In this document: piece by piece, positions 12,876 to 25,995 of the stretch | Layout: every line of letters begins with the position of its first letter | Numbering within the stretch: the stretch's first letter is position 1 | Source of the DNA: Lama glama | Lineage: Eukaryota | Assembly (NCBI GenBank): GCA_028534125.1 | Contig: CM052816.1 | Span: 7,194,001-7,258,000 of the forward strand | Length of the DNA: 64,000 nt | Direction: 5' to 3' | Program-made: the position numbers and the translations under genes | Notes under the pieces: generated by a model | Seen by the model: only the letters and a program-made list of their open reading frames with translations | The model's database searches: none | Told to the model about the DNA's origin: nothing

Positions 12876-13544
12876 GAAGAAGTCTTTAAAGCTACTATGT
12901 GACTTAATGAATCATGAGAGTTCCGTGGGCAGCGATTTTTGTCTGTTTTGTGCTGTATCCCTCACTCCAGAATTGTGCCTGGCATGGAGCAGGGGGTGGG
13001 CACATGTGTAGGGAACAAGGGAACCCTGGCTACTTTGCCATGATATTTTATTCATGACCCTTTAAGTGTGATGATGATACTGCAATCACTGTTTGAAGGT
13101 CAAGCCAAACCGCTGAGGGTCCTCGTGGGACTTGCCTTTACACCTGCTTCCTGCCACCAGCTGAACGGGCACAGCTTGTGCCAGGGCGAGGCAGCAACCG
13201 CGCGTGGGCTGTGACAGCCCAGAACCCAGCCTGCGCCAGGCCGCGCCAGCATTCGTACGGGGAATTTAATCAAACAGCCATGTCTCTGAGCACTCTCACT
13301 TAACCTGCTCTATCACATGTGAGTATACCAAACAGTATCTGAAACTAGGACCAAACAAAACAAATAACTCTGTCCTAGAGGCACAGTGTGCCTCCCTGCT
13401 GCCACAGTCGCCCTGTTTTGGCCATGTTGGGTAGGGGTCCTTCTCTTCTTTGACTCTGGAACTGGGGACCTGTGACTTGCCTTTATTCTTACACAATACT
13501 GGGAGCTCCTCAAAGAAGAGCATTTTAGAGAAAGAAGAGCTCTT

Positions 13545-13865
13545 CTCATAACTTTCACTATGGGACATTTCAAACACATACAAAAGTACACAAGATGCCA
13601 TAATGAACCCCCGAGACCTATACCCTCACTTCAGCAATGATCAATTCACATCCAATTCTGTCCTGTCTCTACTCACACCCACTCCCACATCTTGTTTATA
13701 GATTATGTAAACTTTTATTGAAGCAAAATACACACCCAGAAAAGTGCACACACTATAATTGTACAACTCAACAGATTTTCACAAATTGTACCCATCCGTG
13801 TAATCAGTGCCCAAGAAACAGGACATTGCCAGCTCTCCAGAAGTCCCCTTGTGTCTCCTGGAAGA
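13545..13865 (-). mobile_element. Old LINE-1 3' end fragments
   Basis: catttcaaacacatacaaaagta… and ttttattgaagc…aaagtgcaca…ttttcacaaa…aacaggacattgccagc, typical antisense L1M termini. Confidence 0.55.
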
Positions 13866-14261
13866 CACTAACTGAATTCTGGTCCAATGTTTTCAGTCTG
13901 CAGAGGAGAAAACTAAGACCCAACAAGGGGAATGGCTGCCCCAAGATGACAAATTTCAAAGCACTGCTATTACTTTATAGACTTAAGAGGTGCAATGAGT
14001 CCCACACAGAACACTTCCCTCTGGGGTGCAGCCACAAGCATTTATGGAGCAGAACATGCAAGGTACCTAATGCCCTATGCCTGAGGATGCTCAAGTCAGG
14101 GCATGGTCTGCACCTGCCCTTTCTGGGGAAGTTTCTACATCCTGGCTGTTCCCAGGGGTTTGTACGGACCTCTCTCCTGACCGCAGACTCCCAAGAAACT
14201 TAACAAGATTGTGCCAGGAAGATCCTAAGAGATCCAATCATCTTAGGGTTTGCTTAAAAAA

Positions 14262-14542
14262 AAAAAGAACATTAATACAAAACAGAAACAGATTCATAGA
14301 CATAGAATACAAACTTGCGGCTGCCAAGGGGGCAGGGGGTGGGAAGGGACAGACTGGGATTTCAAAACTTGTAGATACTGACAGGCATATGTAGAATAGA
14401 TAAACAAGACTATACTGTATAGCACAGGGAAATATATACAAGATCTTGTGGTAGCTCACAGCGAAAAAAAATGCAACAATGAACATATGTATGTTCATAT
14501 ATAACTGAAAAATTGTACTGTACACTGGAATTTGACACAACA
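14262..14542 (+). mobile_element. Lineage-specific LINE-1 3' UTR fragment lacking poly(A)
   Basis: acaaaacagaaacagattcatagac…gtagctcacagcgaaaaaaaatg…ggaatttgacacaaca; same subfamily as 24274-24454 and 25996-26175. Confidence 0.88.
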
Positions 14543-14790
14543 TGAGTTGGCTAGGGAAATTCTGGCTGGTAAGCATGTGCAGCCATCAGAAATAACTAGG
14601 TTGCAAGTGACAAAAACAGAGATCACATGACGTTAAGCAAAAAGAGAATTCATTGGTTCATGCAACGAGTAAGTGGAGACTTCAGGCATGGCTAGATCAA
14701 GGGCTCCCTTCCCTCCATCTCTCAGCTCTGCTCGCTCTGCCTGCTGGCTTCTCCTTTTTGCCACTGCTGAGCTTCCTCTACATGAATGGG

Positions 14791-15263
14791 TGTGGTGGGC
14801 TGAATAATGGCCCCAAAGATGTCTATGTCCTAATACCCGATTTGTGTAAAAAGTAATATGTGACCAAGGTAAGGATCTTGAGATGAGGAGATTATCATGG
14901 ATTATCCAGATGAGCTCAATGAAACCACAAGAGTCCTTTATTATAAGAGGGGGCAGGAGGGTCAGAGTAGAAGGAGATGTGATGACAGATGAGGTCAGAA
15001 AGAGAAAGAAAGTTTTGAAGATGCTCCCTTGCTTGACTTGAAGACACAGGAAAGAGCCATGAACCAAGGAACAGAGATGGCATCTGGAAGCCACAAAGGT
15101 CAAGGAGATGGAGCCTTCCCCAGAGTGTCCAGAAGGAATGTGACCAGCTGACAGCTTAACTTCAGCACTTGTGATCTCCAGAATGATAAGATAGTAGATT
15201 TGTGTTCTTTTAAGCCACTAAGTTTGTGGTACTTTACTACCACAGTACTAGGAAACTGACACA
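14791..15263 (+). mobile_element. MaLR LTR (MLT1D-like), nested in an older antisense MLT1
   Basis: TGTGGTGGGCTGAATAATGGCCCCAAAGATGTC…AAGCCACTAAGTTTGTGG…GGAAACTGACACA; 5-bp TSD atggg/atgga. Flanks 14590-14790 (ggttgcaagtgacaaaaac…ttaagcaaaaagagaattcattgg) resemble an antisense older MLT1. Confidence 0.88.
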
Positions 15264-15782
15264 ATGGACTGACTTCTCCAGGTTTAAATCTTCTCATGCA
15301 ATAACCCAGTAGTCCATAGGGGTGGGGAAGTTTCTTTCTCCCAAAGTCCCCGTGGGACTCCCAGAGGAAGATTCTCTTTGGCCACAATCAGGTCACAGGA
15401 CTGTCTCTTGTGGCACCAATCACTGGTCCCTGAACAGGGAGTAAGAAAGCTGGCCCAGCCTGGCTTACCTGCCTGTGGTGGCAGTTTGGATGGGGACACA
15501 GTGAGCAATGGACCTTCAGAGTCACTTAAACGGAGAGAGGAAAGCCTGCTGGACAGATACATAACAACACACATGCCCTAGAGCTGGGATTATCTGGAGA
15601 GTGATGTGAGGAGCTGAAACCAAAGGCTGGATTAGGCGCTGCTGATGGTAGGGGAGGTGAGGGAACCAGAAGGGGGTGATAGAATTACCTGGAAGGTTCT
15701 GGGCCCTTTAGAGCCATGTGGAAAATTCTGTTGCTACATTGCAGAGTTGCCAGTGTGGATATTGCTGGAAGAGAAGTTTTAG

Positions 15783-16014
15783 GGTGCGTGTGTGTGTGTG
15801 TGTGTGTAGGGTGTGTATGTTTATGGGGGGTGTCTGTATTGGGGGGTGTATGGGTGTGTGTGTATGTGTGTGGTTATGTGTATGTGGGGTATGTGTGTGT
15901 ATGTGTATGTGTGTATGTGGCATGTGTGTGTATGTGGGGGGGTGTATGTTGGGGTGAGCATGTATGTGTGTATATGTGTGTGTATGGGTGTGTGTGTGTG
16001 TGTGTGTGTATGTG
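15783..16014. repeat. Compound (TG)n / TG-rich microsatellite
   Basis: About 230 bp of GT repeats with TA/GG interruptions. Confidence 0.95.
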
Positions 16015-16039
16015 CATAGAAGGTAGCAGAGTGCAGCAG

Positions 16040-16278
16040 TGAAGCTCTGAAGAGTCTGGGCTCCTTATCTCAGCTCTGCTACTTCCTCGCTGAGCAGCCT
16101 TATACAAAGTTCTCCATCTCTCCTAAGACTCAGACTCCTCATCTGTAAAATATGGACAAGAGTAATCCCTGCCTCGTGAGATCACCGTGAGGAGTGCAGG
16201 CCATCAGGCCTATAATGTGCTCAGTAGAGTGTCCAGCACATAGTAAATACCATATAAATGGTAGCTACTATTATTATT
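16040..16278 (+). mobile_element. MIR SINE
   Basis: ctcagctctgctactt…ctcagactcctcatctgtaaaat…cagcacatagtaa…tagctactattatt. Confidence 0.8.
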
Positions 16279-17026
16279 TTAATTAAGGAGAAACACCTTC
16301 AAAGCATGAAAGATTTTCAAGGGACAACTTGCTTTGTGCGGTCCTGGAGGGCAGAACCAGGGCCAAAGGGTGGAAGCCACAGTAGAGCATAAGGAAGAAC
16401 TTTCTCTGGAGTCTTGGAAGAAAGTCCAGGCCTCCTGGAGAGATGGTGAGCAACCATCGCGAAGGTACTCAGGCAGAGCAGAAGACCACTCAGAGGGGAT
16501 GCCATGGAGGGACATGTATTCAGCAGGACGTAGCCTCTTAAGGGCTCTTCTTGCTTCAGGAGCCACTGGTTCTCACCCCTTACAGGGAGCCTTCCCCATG
16601 TGAGTTGGGCCGCCATGGTTTCAGAAACTCTCCAGGAGCCACCAAGTCCACACACATTTGGTTCTGACTTCCTCGGCCTGGGATTTCTTCCAGGCTGTGT
16701 GTTTGCTGCCCAAGAGCTTGACTCCATCTCCAACTTGTTCAGCTACAGATTAGAGAATGGAGGAACTGGTGTGTGTTCAGTAACCACCTCAGGAATCCTG
16801 CATGGAAGGCTTGGGAAAGTAGCTTCTGTCTTGGGGATAAGATCCCAGCACCCCCTGGAGAGCTGAAAATAATAACATTAACAGTTTTTGACCATTTCCT
16901 AAGTGAGTGGCACTGTGTGAATTCTGGTATCAACTAGAATCCAGTTCATCTGCACAGCAAAAAACCCCAAATAATCATAGTTTATAGATAAAAGTTTTGT
17001 TTTTCCTAGGTGTAAAAGAAGTTTGA

Positions 17027-19677
17027 AAACAACAGAAGATATCAATAAAATCAAGAGCTAGTTTTTTTGAAAGAGTAAACAAAATTGACAAACCTCTGGC
17101 TAGGCTCACCAAGAAGGAAAGAGAGAGGACTTAAAAAAACAAAACAAGAAACCAAAGAGGAGAAAGTACAACCAATATCATAGAAATACACAAAACCATA
17201 AGAGAATACTATGAACAATTATATGCCGACAAATTGGACGATCTAGAAGAAATGTACAAGTTTCTAGAAACAAACAGTCCACCAAAACAGAATCAAGAAG
17301 AAACAGATAAACAGATTAATCACTGGAAGTGAAATAGAATAATAGAATCTGTAAAAATAAAAAAAATCCTCCCTGCAAACAAAAGTCCAGAGCCAGATGG
17401 CTTCACTTGGAAATTCTACCAAACATCCAAAGAAAAACTTTCACCAATTCTTTCTCAAATGCTTCCAGAAAGATTAAAGAGGAGAGAACACTTCCAAACT
17501 CATTCTATGAAGCCATCAGTACCCTGATACTAAACCAAACAAAAGCATTATCAAAAAAGAAAATTATAAGCCAACATCTTTGATGAATGTTGATGCATGT
17601 AGATGGGAAAATTCTCAACAAAATATTAGCAAACCGAATTCACATCACACAAAAAAAGATCATACACTATGATCAAGTGAGATTCATCCCAGGGTCACAA
17701 GGATGGTTTGATACATGCAGGTCAATCAATGTGTTATATACCACATCAGCAAAAGAAAGGACAAAAACCACATGATCATCTCAATAAATGCATAAAAAAC
17801 ATTTGATAAAATTCAACATCCATTCAGGATAAAAACTCACCGAAGTGGGAATAGAGGGAACATATCTCAACATAATAAAAGCTGTTTATGACAAACCCAC
17901 AGCTAACATAATACTCAAGGGTGAAAAGTTGGAAGCCTTACTGCTAAAATCTGGACCAAGACAAGGATGCCCACTCTCAGTGCTTCTTTTCAACATAAGT
18001 ATTGGAAGTCCTAGCACAGCAATCAGACAAGAAAAAGAAATAAAAGGGATCCACATTGGAAGGGAAGAGGCAGAACTGTGACTATATGCAGATGACATGA
18101 TACTATATAGAGAAAACCCAAAAGACTCCACACAAAAACTGCTAGTGCTGATAAATGAATCCAGCAAGGTAGCAGGTTACAAGAATAACATACAGAAATC
18201 TATTGCATTTCTTTACACTAACAATGAAATATCAGAAAAGGAAAGTTAAAAAAAAACCTTTTAAAATCACATCAAAAAAAGATAAAATAAATCTGACCAA
18301 GGAGGTGAAAGACTTATATGTTGAGAACTATAAAACATTGATAAAGAAAATTAAACATGATTTAAAGAAATGGAAAGATATCCCAAGCTCCTGGATTAAA
18401 AGAATTAATGTTGTTAAAATGACAGTACTACCCAAAGCAATCTACAGATTTAACATGATCTCTGTCAAGTTATCCAGGACATTTTTCACAGAACTAGAAC
18501 AAATAATCCTAAAATTTATATGGAATCACAAAAGACCCAGAATCACCAAAGCAATACTGAAGAAAAAGAATGAAGCTAGAAGAACAAGCCTCCCAGACTT
18601 CAGGCAATACTACAGAGCTACAGTAATTAAAACAGTGTTGTATTGGCACAAAAACAGATATACTACCACTGGAACACAATAGAGAGCCCAGAGATAAACC
18701 CACAGATTTCTGGTCAATTAATCTTCGACAGAGGCAAGAACATACAACGGAGAAAAGACAGCCGCTTTAGCAAGTGGTATTAGGAAAGCTGCACACCTGC
18801 ATGTAAATCAATGAAATTAGAACACTCCCTCACACCATACACAAATATAAACTCAATACGGCTTAAAGACTTAAACATTAAGACTCATTAACATTAAGAC
18901 TCATTGTACATCTCCTAGAAGAGAACATAGGCAAAACATTCTCTGACATAAACCACAGCAATCTTTTGCTAGGGCAGTCTACCAAGTCAATGAAATAAGA
19001 GCAAAAACAAACAAATAGGGCCTAATTAAACTTACAAGTTTTTGCACAGCAAAAGAAACCATAATCAAAACGAAAAGACAACCTACGGAATGGAGAATAT
19101 ATTTGCAGATAATGCAATTTTACAAAGGCTTAATTTCCAAAATATACAAATAGCTCATATAACTTAATAACAAAAACCCACAAGCAATCCAGTCAAAAAA
19201 TGGTCAGAAGACCTAAACAGACATTTATCCAGTGAAGACATACAGATAGCCAATAGGCACATGAAAAGATGTTCAATATTGCTAATTATCAGAGAAATGT
19301 AAATCAAAACTACAATGAGGTATTACCTCACACCAGTCTGAATGGCCATCATTAAAAAAATCCATAAACAATAAATGCTGGAGAGGGTGTGGGAAAAAAA
19401 AGAACCCTTTTACACTGTTGGTGGGAATGTAATTTTGTGCAGCCACTATGGAAAACAGTATGGAGATTCCTTAAAAAAACTAAGAATAGAGTTACCATAT
19501 GATCCAGTAATCCAACTCCTGGGCATATATCCAGAGAAAACTCTAATTTGAAAAGATACATGCACCCTAATGTTCACAGAAACACTATTTACAATAGCCA
19601 AGACATGGAATCGACCTAAATGTTCATTGATGACTGGATAAAGAAGTTGTGGTATATATGTGGTGTGTGTGTGTGTA

Positions 19678-19724
<47 letters not shown>

Positions 19725-20197
19725 CTCACATATACTATATATATCTCAAATACTACTCAGCCGTAAAAAACAATGAAATAATGCCATTTGTAGCAACATG
19801 GATGGACCTAGAGATTATTATATTAAGCGAGGTTAGTCAGGCAGAGAAAGACAAATATCATATGATACCACTTAAATGTAGAATCTAAAAAAATGATACA
19901 AATGAACTTATTCACAAAACAAAAAGATACTCACAGACATAGAAAACAAACTTATGGCTACCAAAGGGGAAAGAGGGGGAGGGATAAATTAGAAGTTTGA
20001 GACTAGCAGATACAAACTACTATATACAAAATGGATAAACAAGGTTCTACCGTATAGCACAATGAACTATATTCTATAGTTTGTAATAACCTATAATGAA
20101 AAAGAATATATATATACACATATATAACTGAATCACTATGCTGTACACCAGAAACTAACACAACATTGTAAATCAACTATATTTCAATTTTAAAAAG
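17027..20197 (+). mobile_element. About 3.2 kb 5'-truncated LINE-1 with degenerate reverse transcriptase domain and 3' UTR
   Basis: ORF2 motifs GPRQGCPLS (ORF 17845-18081), YADD codons at 18085-18096, and WKDIPSSW…LPKAIYRFN (ORF 18203-18682), with multiple stops and frameshifts. TSD aaagaagtttga at 17015-17026 and 20198-20209. Confidence 0.97.
19663..19722. repeat. (TG)n(TA)n microsatellite within L1
   Basis: gtgtgtgt…atatatat run. Confidence 0.9.
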
Positions 20198-21504
20198 AAA
20201 GAAGTTTGACAAGCAGTTCTGGTTGATTTGATGGCGTCATGAAATTACCAGGGACCCAGAATTATTCTTTTTCTACTTAGAGTAGCATTTGTCCAAAGGT
20301 TCTTTGGTCCGATAAATTTGGGACACACTGCAGCCTACAACCCTTCTTTAGAAATTCACAAATCAGCCCCATCAGGCTGAGGACTTGCCTTGCTTCCCTG
20401 ATGCTTCTTATGAATAATTTTTTTAAAGTATTTGCTTTTTTACCCAAACAATTCATATTTGCTATGCAAAGAAAAACTTTAAGTATAAAGACAAAAAAAA
20501 GAATAAAAAAGAAATTGTCTTTACCTTTTCATTTAGAAAGAACCCTTAATAGGAAGTTGATGTGTTACCTAGACTATACATAAAAATATACAAACATAAA
20601 TATTTACAAAATGAGATCATTCTCACATAGTATTCTATAACCTGTTTATTGCATTTAGCAAGATATCCTGAACATCTTTCCACATTGGGAAATACGGTCA
20701 CAGCCTCAAATTAATTGGTTTATTCAACAGTTTATTTGGTGTCTAGAAAGTGACAGGTGAGCTATCCCAGGTGGGTTGGACAAAACCAGGCTGTCTCTTC
20801 CTCTTGGAGCTCAGAGCAATTCTCCACTGCACTGTGTTTCAACTCGCAGATTCTTGACTCTGCGAACACACACGTTCATATAGATATGATTGTTTATTGA
20901 CAAGTACATCAAGTGAGGGGCTGACACGTTACAAGCACAGCTCAACGAACTTTTCCACATGCACGCATCCTTGGAACCAGCACTTACATATAGAATGCGT
21001 CCAGAACCCCAGAAAGTTCCTTCCCGCCCTTTCCCGGTCACAGATCCCTCTTAACGGAAACACATTTTGGAGAATGTGGATTTTTCACTGGAGTGGGTTT
21101 TGTCTCTAGAACTAGGCAGAACTGGGGCTCCTCAGCACAGCCCCTCTTTGTGCTGTGCCCCTCTTGCCCTTGGGGACAGGGCAGGCCAGTGGGCACTGCT
21201 GAGGTCTGGGAGTGTGCCCGGTGGGACCTGCAGCCCCTGCCCTCCCTGGGCTTAGGTGTCCCACGCTCCCAGCTCAGAGGGGAGGAGAGCTTACGGGCTC
21301 CTCACAGCAGCGCCTCCTGTTCCATCTGGTCTGGGCATGTCTCAGCGGAGGGGGCAAGGGCAAGGGGCGCTAAGTGGGAGGTGGCGGGTGGAGAGAAAGG
21401 ATTAAAGACCTTATTCCCATTGCCCAGGTGAAAAGGAGGGGCATCTGGCCACAGGGGTAATGAGTGAAAATAACTGGGTTGGGGTGGGGAGGAATGACTG
21501 AGGA

Positions 21505-21830
21505 AATTTGAATATGGACTGTATATTAAATAATGTTACTGTAGCAAAGTTAAAGTTTCTGATTTTGATCATTAAACTATGGTTATGAAAGGGAAATACT
21601 CACTAAAGCACTGAGGGATGCTATATTTGACTTAATCTCAAATGGTCCAGATAAAAATAGGGGTGGAGGTGTGTGTGTGTGTATTTGTGGAAAGAAGAGA
21701 GGGGTAAAGAAAATGGGGCAAGAGGTGAACAAATGGTGAATCTGGGTAAAGGGTTTCTGGGAGTTCCCTGTACTATTCTTTCAACTTTTGTCAAGTAAGT
21801 TAAAAATTATAACAAGGTACAAAGTCACAG
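21505..21830 (+). mobile_element. Old LINE-1 (L1MC/L1ME-like) 3' end
   Basis: gaatatggactgtatatta…gttaaagtttctgattttgatc…ggtgaatctgggtaaaggg…tgtactattctttcaacttt. Confidence 0.7.
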
Positions 21831-22653
21831 AACATAACAGTGCCGGAGACCTGCCTGGGTTTCAGATGTTTCTACTCTGACGCTGGGGAACAAAGTGGTC
21901 TTGGGCACCTTCCCATCTCTCTTTGGTCCTAAGGTTCTACTTTGCAGGGGAGAAAACTGGACACCAGATGGTCTTTGTGAGACAGATTAGCTTTGGCTTT
22001 CTGTAAACTTAAGGCTCTGGGTTTGTGGAATCACAGGATTACTCAGGTGACCCACAGGGTCACTGACGGGTGTGGGGTCCCTCTATCTTAAACTTCTCAT
22101 TTTGATCAAATCGCCTGGGGTGTGGGGTTTGCTTCCAGCTGGGAAGGAGGAGAGGAGAGGTGATGATTTTCCACTGGTTGCTTTTCTCTCAAAGTAGCAG
22201 AAAACTTATAAGTATGGAAAAAAGGGAAATGACAAGCAAACAGCCAGGGCCTCTCTAATCCCACTACCCTAATGTTGGCACCCATCTGACAGGTACAGGC
22301 TGTTAGAATTGGAGGGAATTCCCACTTGTTGTGCTGCTGGGGAAACTGAGGCTCTGAGGTGGGGAGTGACTTGCTCAATATCCCATAGATATCCCCTGGT
22401 GGCAGGGCTGGGATTAGAGACTATGTGCTGTGAATTTCAGACCAGTCCAAACCTGGTTTTTAATATGTAATGTTATTTTTTCTAATTATGTAGGAAATAT
22501 AAAACATTTGAAAACATGGAAAAATCTGAGGAGCTATATCTGATAGATTTACTTAATAGCTTTCCTGCTCTAAGAATCTCTAGATTCCAGATGGTACATT
22601 CCTCTCTGACTTTGGGCCCCATACCTGGCCCTTCTTTCATCCAGTAGCCTGGA

Positions 22654-22702
22654 CAGGGCAGGGTAGGGCAGGGTAGAGCAGGGCAGGGCTGGGCAGGGCT
22701 GG
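22654..22702 (+). repeat. (GGGCA)n pentamer repeat
   Basis: cagggcagggtagggcagggtagagcagggcagggctgggcagggctgg. Confidence 0.85.
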
Positions 22703-23645
22703 ACTCCATTCCTCAGCAGGGTATTAATGGATTCCAGCTGACAGTCAGTAAAATACCCAGGCCATGAACTGTTCCTGATGATTCCTTTGCATTCCTCCTT
22801 GGAAAGTTGGGCTAGGGCTAGTCCTTGGACTAGGTGTTGTATATGCCACTCACAGAGCCTGGCTTTGGAGGGTCAGAAAGATAAATCAACTGTGCATTGT
22901 TTTACCTGAAATTTCACAGTTAGTGCTTCATTCCTTTACCTTAAGCGTTGGCCGAATTCCTTGGATAGCCATGCCCACCTCTAGAATTCATCAGAAATTT
23001 ATTCTATTTGTGGGGAGATGAGGTATCCTGCTTTACTTTTTCTCACTTCCCAGAAACATTTTCATGCCTTTCTCAAGTGCACATCTGAGCTCTGCTCTGG
23101 GGCCATCCCTGGATGGGGTTTACTATGATCTTGAGGTAGGTCAAATTCAGAATGCCTGAGGGCAGATACATTTAAGTTGTTTTACAAAATAAAACAAAAA
23201 TTATGATGAATCTAATGTTTATGGAGCTGTTATTTTGAGATAGGCACTCTGCTAAGTGCTTGACATGCATCACTTCTTTTAATGCTCACAACAGCCTTAT
23301 GAGGTATACATTTTCTTCTCCCTGGTTTCGTGTTGTGGAAAACCTGGCTAGAAAGGTTAGATTACACACGGTTAAAAAGAGTAATGGGGATGGAGTCAGG
23401 GATGCAAATCCAGGTCAGGCTCTGGGAGGAGGGGTCACCATTACTTTTGGGGATTGGCTATCATTCAATTCGTACACCTTCTTTGTTGCCATCTCTGGCA
23501 CTGGGCAAAGGGTCCACCCTCACCCTCCCCGAAGCCCCAACTCTACTCACACTGCTGCCAGATGAGACTTGGAATCACCCTCAGAGATGATCTACACCCA
23601 CTCCGTCCTCACTTTTCGCACGGCTGAGAAGGCAGAGATGGGAGG

Positions 23646-23724
23646 CAGGGCCACTGGGTTGCACAACTCCAGGGGCCTCATTTCATTGTATTCCATGTGA
23701 GTGTTATTTCCTGGAGTTGTGCAA
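23646..23724. mobile_element. MER91-like hAT MITE hairpin
   Basis: Perfect 15-bp inverted repeat ttgcacaactccagg (23659-23673) / cctggagttgtgcaa (23710-23724). A related copy lies at about 7630-7700. Confidence 0.7.
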
Positions 23725-24273
23725 TGAGAGAGAGGCAGGGACTATCCCAAGGCACAAGGACCAGGAGGGCCAGCTCTTGAGCCTAGAGCCAAGGCCTTTC
23801 CTGACAAAAATTTCCTGAAAAAATGGGGGGCCCTGTGGGTGCATTTTGGAGAATGGGGAGACTTAAGTCTTGGATGGGCATCTGCCCCAGAGGCTTGGTG
23901 TCCATTCCAGCCATCCCTTAGGGGGAAAGCCTTTCCTGCAGGAAGACCCACAGCCTCCTACATCTCACCCAGAGCACAACCGGGAGGCAGAGGCGCCCGT
24001 GTGCAGCTGTGCAGCCTGGATGGGAACCCTTCTTCCTCCGTCCTGGGCAGCTCTTCCGGAAGGCCTGGCAGATGGCAGGAAATGGTCAGACCTCCTCCCA
24101 GAGCTGGCCCTGGCCTGGTTCCTGTTCTTTCATATGCCGCCAGCAAGCACAGGGCACAGCAGGTCTCTCCTTCCTTACAAAACCGTCCAGGGTGCCCCAG
24201 GGCCTGCAGGATGGAAGAGTCCAGACATTTCTGCCCAGCGTCCAAGGCCTGCCATACCTGGGTTCTACTTCTT

Positions 24274-24454
24274 TTTTTTTTTAACTTTTTTAATTGATTT
24301 ATAATCATTTTATAATGTTGTGTCAAATTCCAGTGTAGAGCACAATTTTTCAGTTATACATGAACATACATATATTCATTGTCACATTTTTTTCTCTGTG
24401 AGCTACCATAAGATCTTGTATATATTTCCCTGTGCTATACAGTATAATCTTGTT
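24274..24454 (-). mobile_element. Young 5'-truncated LINE-1 3' end (antisense)
   Basis: Poly(T) followed by antisense L1 3' UTR. Perfect 19-bp TSD tacctgggttctacttctt at 24255-24273 and 24455-24473. Confidence 0.95.
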
Positions 24455-25274
24455 TACCTGGGTTCTACTTCTTCAGCTGCATCTTAGGTCATAGCTTTCT
24501 TTGCGCTCCATCAACCCCCAGACCACTTACAACTATCACCAAGCACCTTGAACTCTCCTGCCTCATGCCTTAGCTCAGTTTGTCCTCAGTTCCCCTAGAC
24601 ACCTTCCTCCCCTCTAACCTTTTGTTCTTACCCTGATGAAATTTTAACACTCAGGCCAAAGGTATCTTCTCTAAGAAGTGTTATCTTAGAATCAGAATTA
24701 TCGTTCCTCTGGGTTCTGAAAATATTTAACTGTCCATCCATCCATTCATTCATCCATCCATCCACCCATCCATCTATTCATTACTACCACTATGTTTTAT
24801 GTTTAAAGATTCAGTAAGAAATACTGCTTGGTCACCATCCTCAATTAGCTGTTAGTCAAGGAGGCAGATAACTAAGCAAGGAATGTGGTTAAGTGCTGCC
24901 CTGGGGGAAGACAGGTCCTCAGCAAAGTCCTCACAAGGAGATGGGAAAGTTAATTCTACTTTAATAAGTAAGGAGGATTCAACTTTACGCTATATTTGGA
25001 ATTAAAGAATAGCTGTTTGTGACCAGCAAGTTGTCCAGCATGTACTGTTTGTTACCAGCATGGTTGTGTGTTCTTAATAACTCCCCATAGTAACATTTGG
25101 CTTTATTTTTTTTTTTTTGCTGCAGGCTTTCTTATACATTCTCATTTGGGTCCTACAATAAGCCTGCTGTTTATAGATGAAAACACTGAGGGTCAGAGAA
25201 ATGAAGTGAACTGCCCACAGTACACAGCCAGTAAGAGGCAGAGCTAAGACTAGAACCCAAGTCTCCTGATTTTT

Positions 25275-25398
25275 TTTTAATATTAATGCCATTTTATTTT
25301 ATTTATTTATTTATTTTAAATGGAGGTACTGGGAATTGGGCCCAGCACCTCTTGCATTCTAAGCATGCACTCTACCTCTGAGTTATCACCCTTCCCTC
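25275..25398 (-). mobile_element. tRNA-derived SINE (Vic-1-like) inserted in a MIR
   Basis: tggaggtactgggaattgggccc…ctctacctctgagtta. TSD tctcctgattttt at 25262-25274 and 25403-25415. Confidence 0.85.
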
Positions 25399-25995
25399 CA
25401 GATCTCCTGATTTTTAATCTCTGGCCTTTCATTTGTATTTCAGCTGCCTCCTTTTGAGCTTTTTGCTTTTATACCCACTGGCTCCCTTTACTTAACAGCC
25501 AGCATGATGGATATGGTCCCTGCCTTTATAAACGTGGAAATTATAGCCTTTCACCTCTAGCTTATTGAAGAGGAAGCTCTTCTACTGGGAACTTGGAGCC
25601 ACAACATTCATTCAACCTTTCTAGGGATCCTCTTTCTGGTTGGCTGTACTTCGGCTATGTGACCTTAGGCAAATAACTTAACCTCTCTGGGCCTTGATTT
25701 CCTTATTTATAAAGGGGAAAATCATAACTTCCTCCATATACATGTTCCATACACTTGTTGTTAAATACTCAACTCCCTTTGGGGGAAGTTATGATTTATT
25801 ATATATATAAATATATATAAAATAAATAAAAATATAAATAGTATATAAATATAAAATAATATGATGATTTAGAGCTTGGGCTGTGGAGTTTTTACACAGA
25901 CGTAGTCACACAAATCCCAGCTCTGCCACTAGCCAGCTCTGTGACTTAGAGAGTCACTTATGTGACTCTGGTTTCAGGCTAACAAAATGGGGCTA

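Noticed and set aside
13637..14203. 188-aa ORF
   Set aside because: It overlaps old L1 and MIR-like fragments, has no recognisable domain and no clear exon structure.
15708..16107. Cys/Val- and His/Thr-rich ORFs
   Set aside because: Translations of the (TG)n microsatellite.
17027..20197. Reverse transcriptase as an active or novel retroelement system
   Set aside because: An ordinary 5'-truncated L1 lacking ORF1 and the endonuclease, with many stops and frameshifts.
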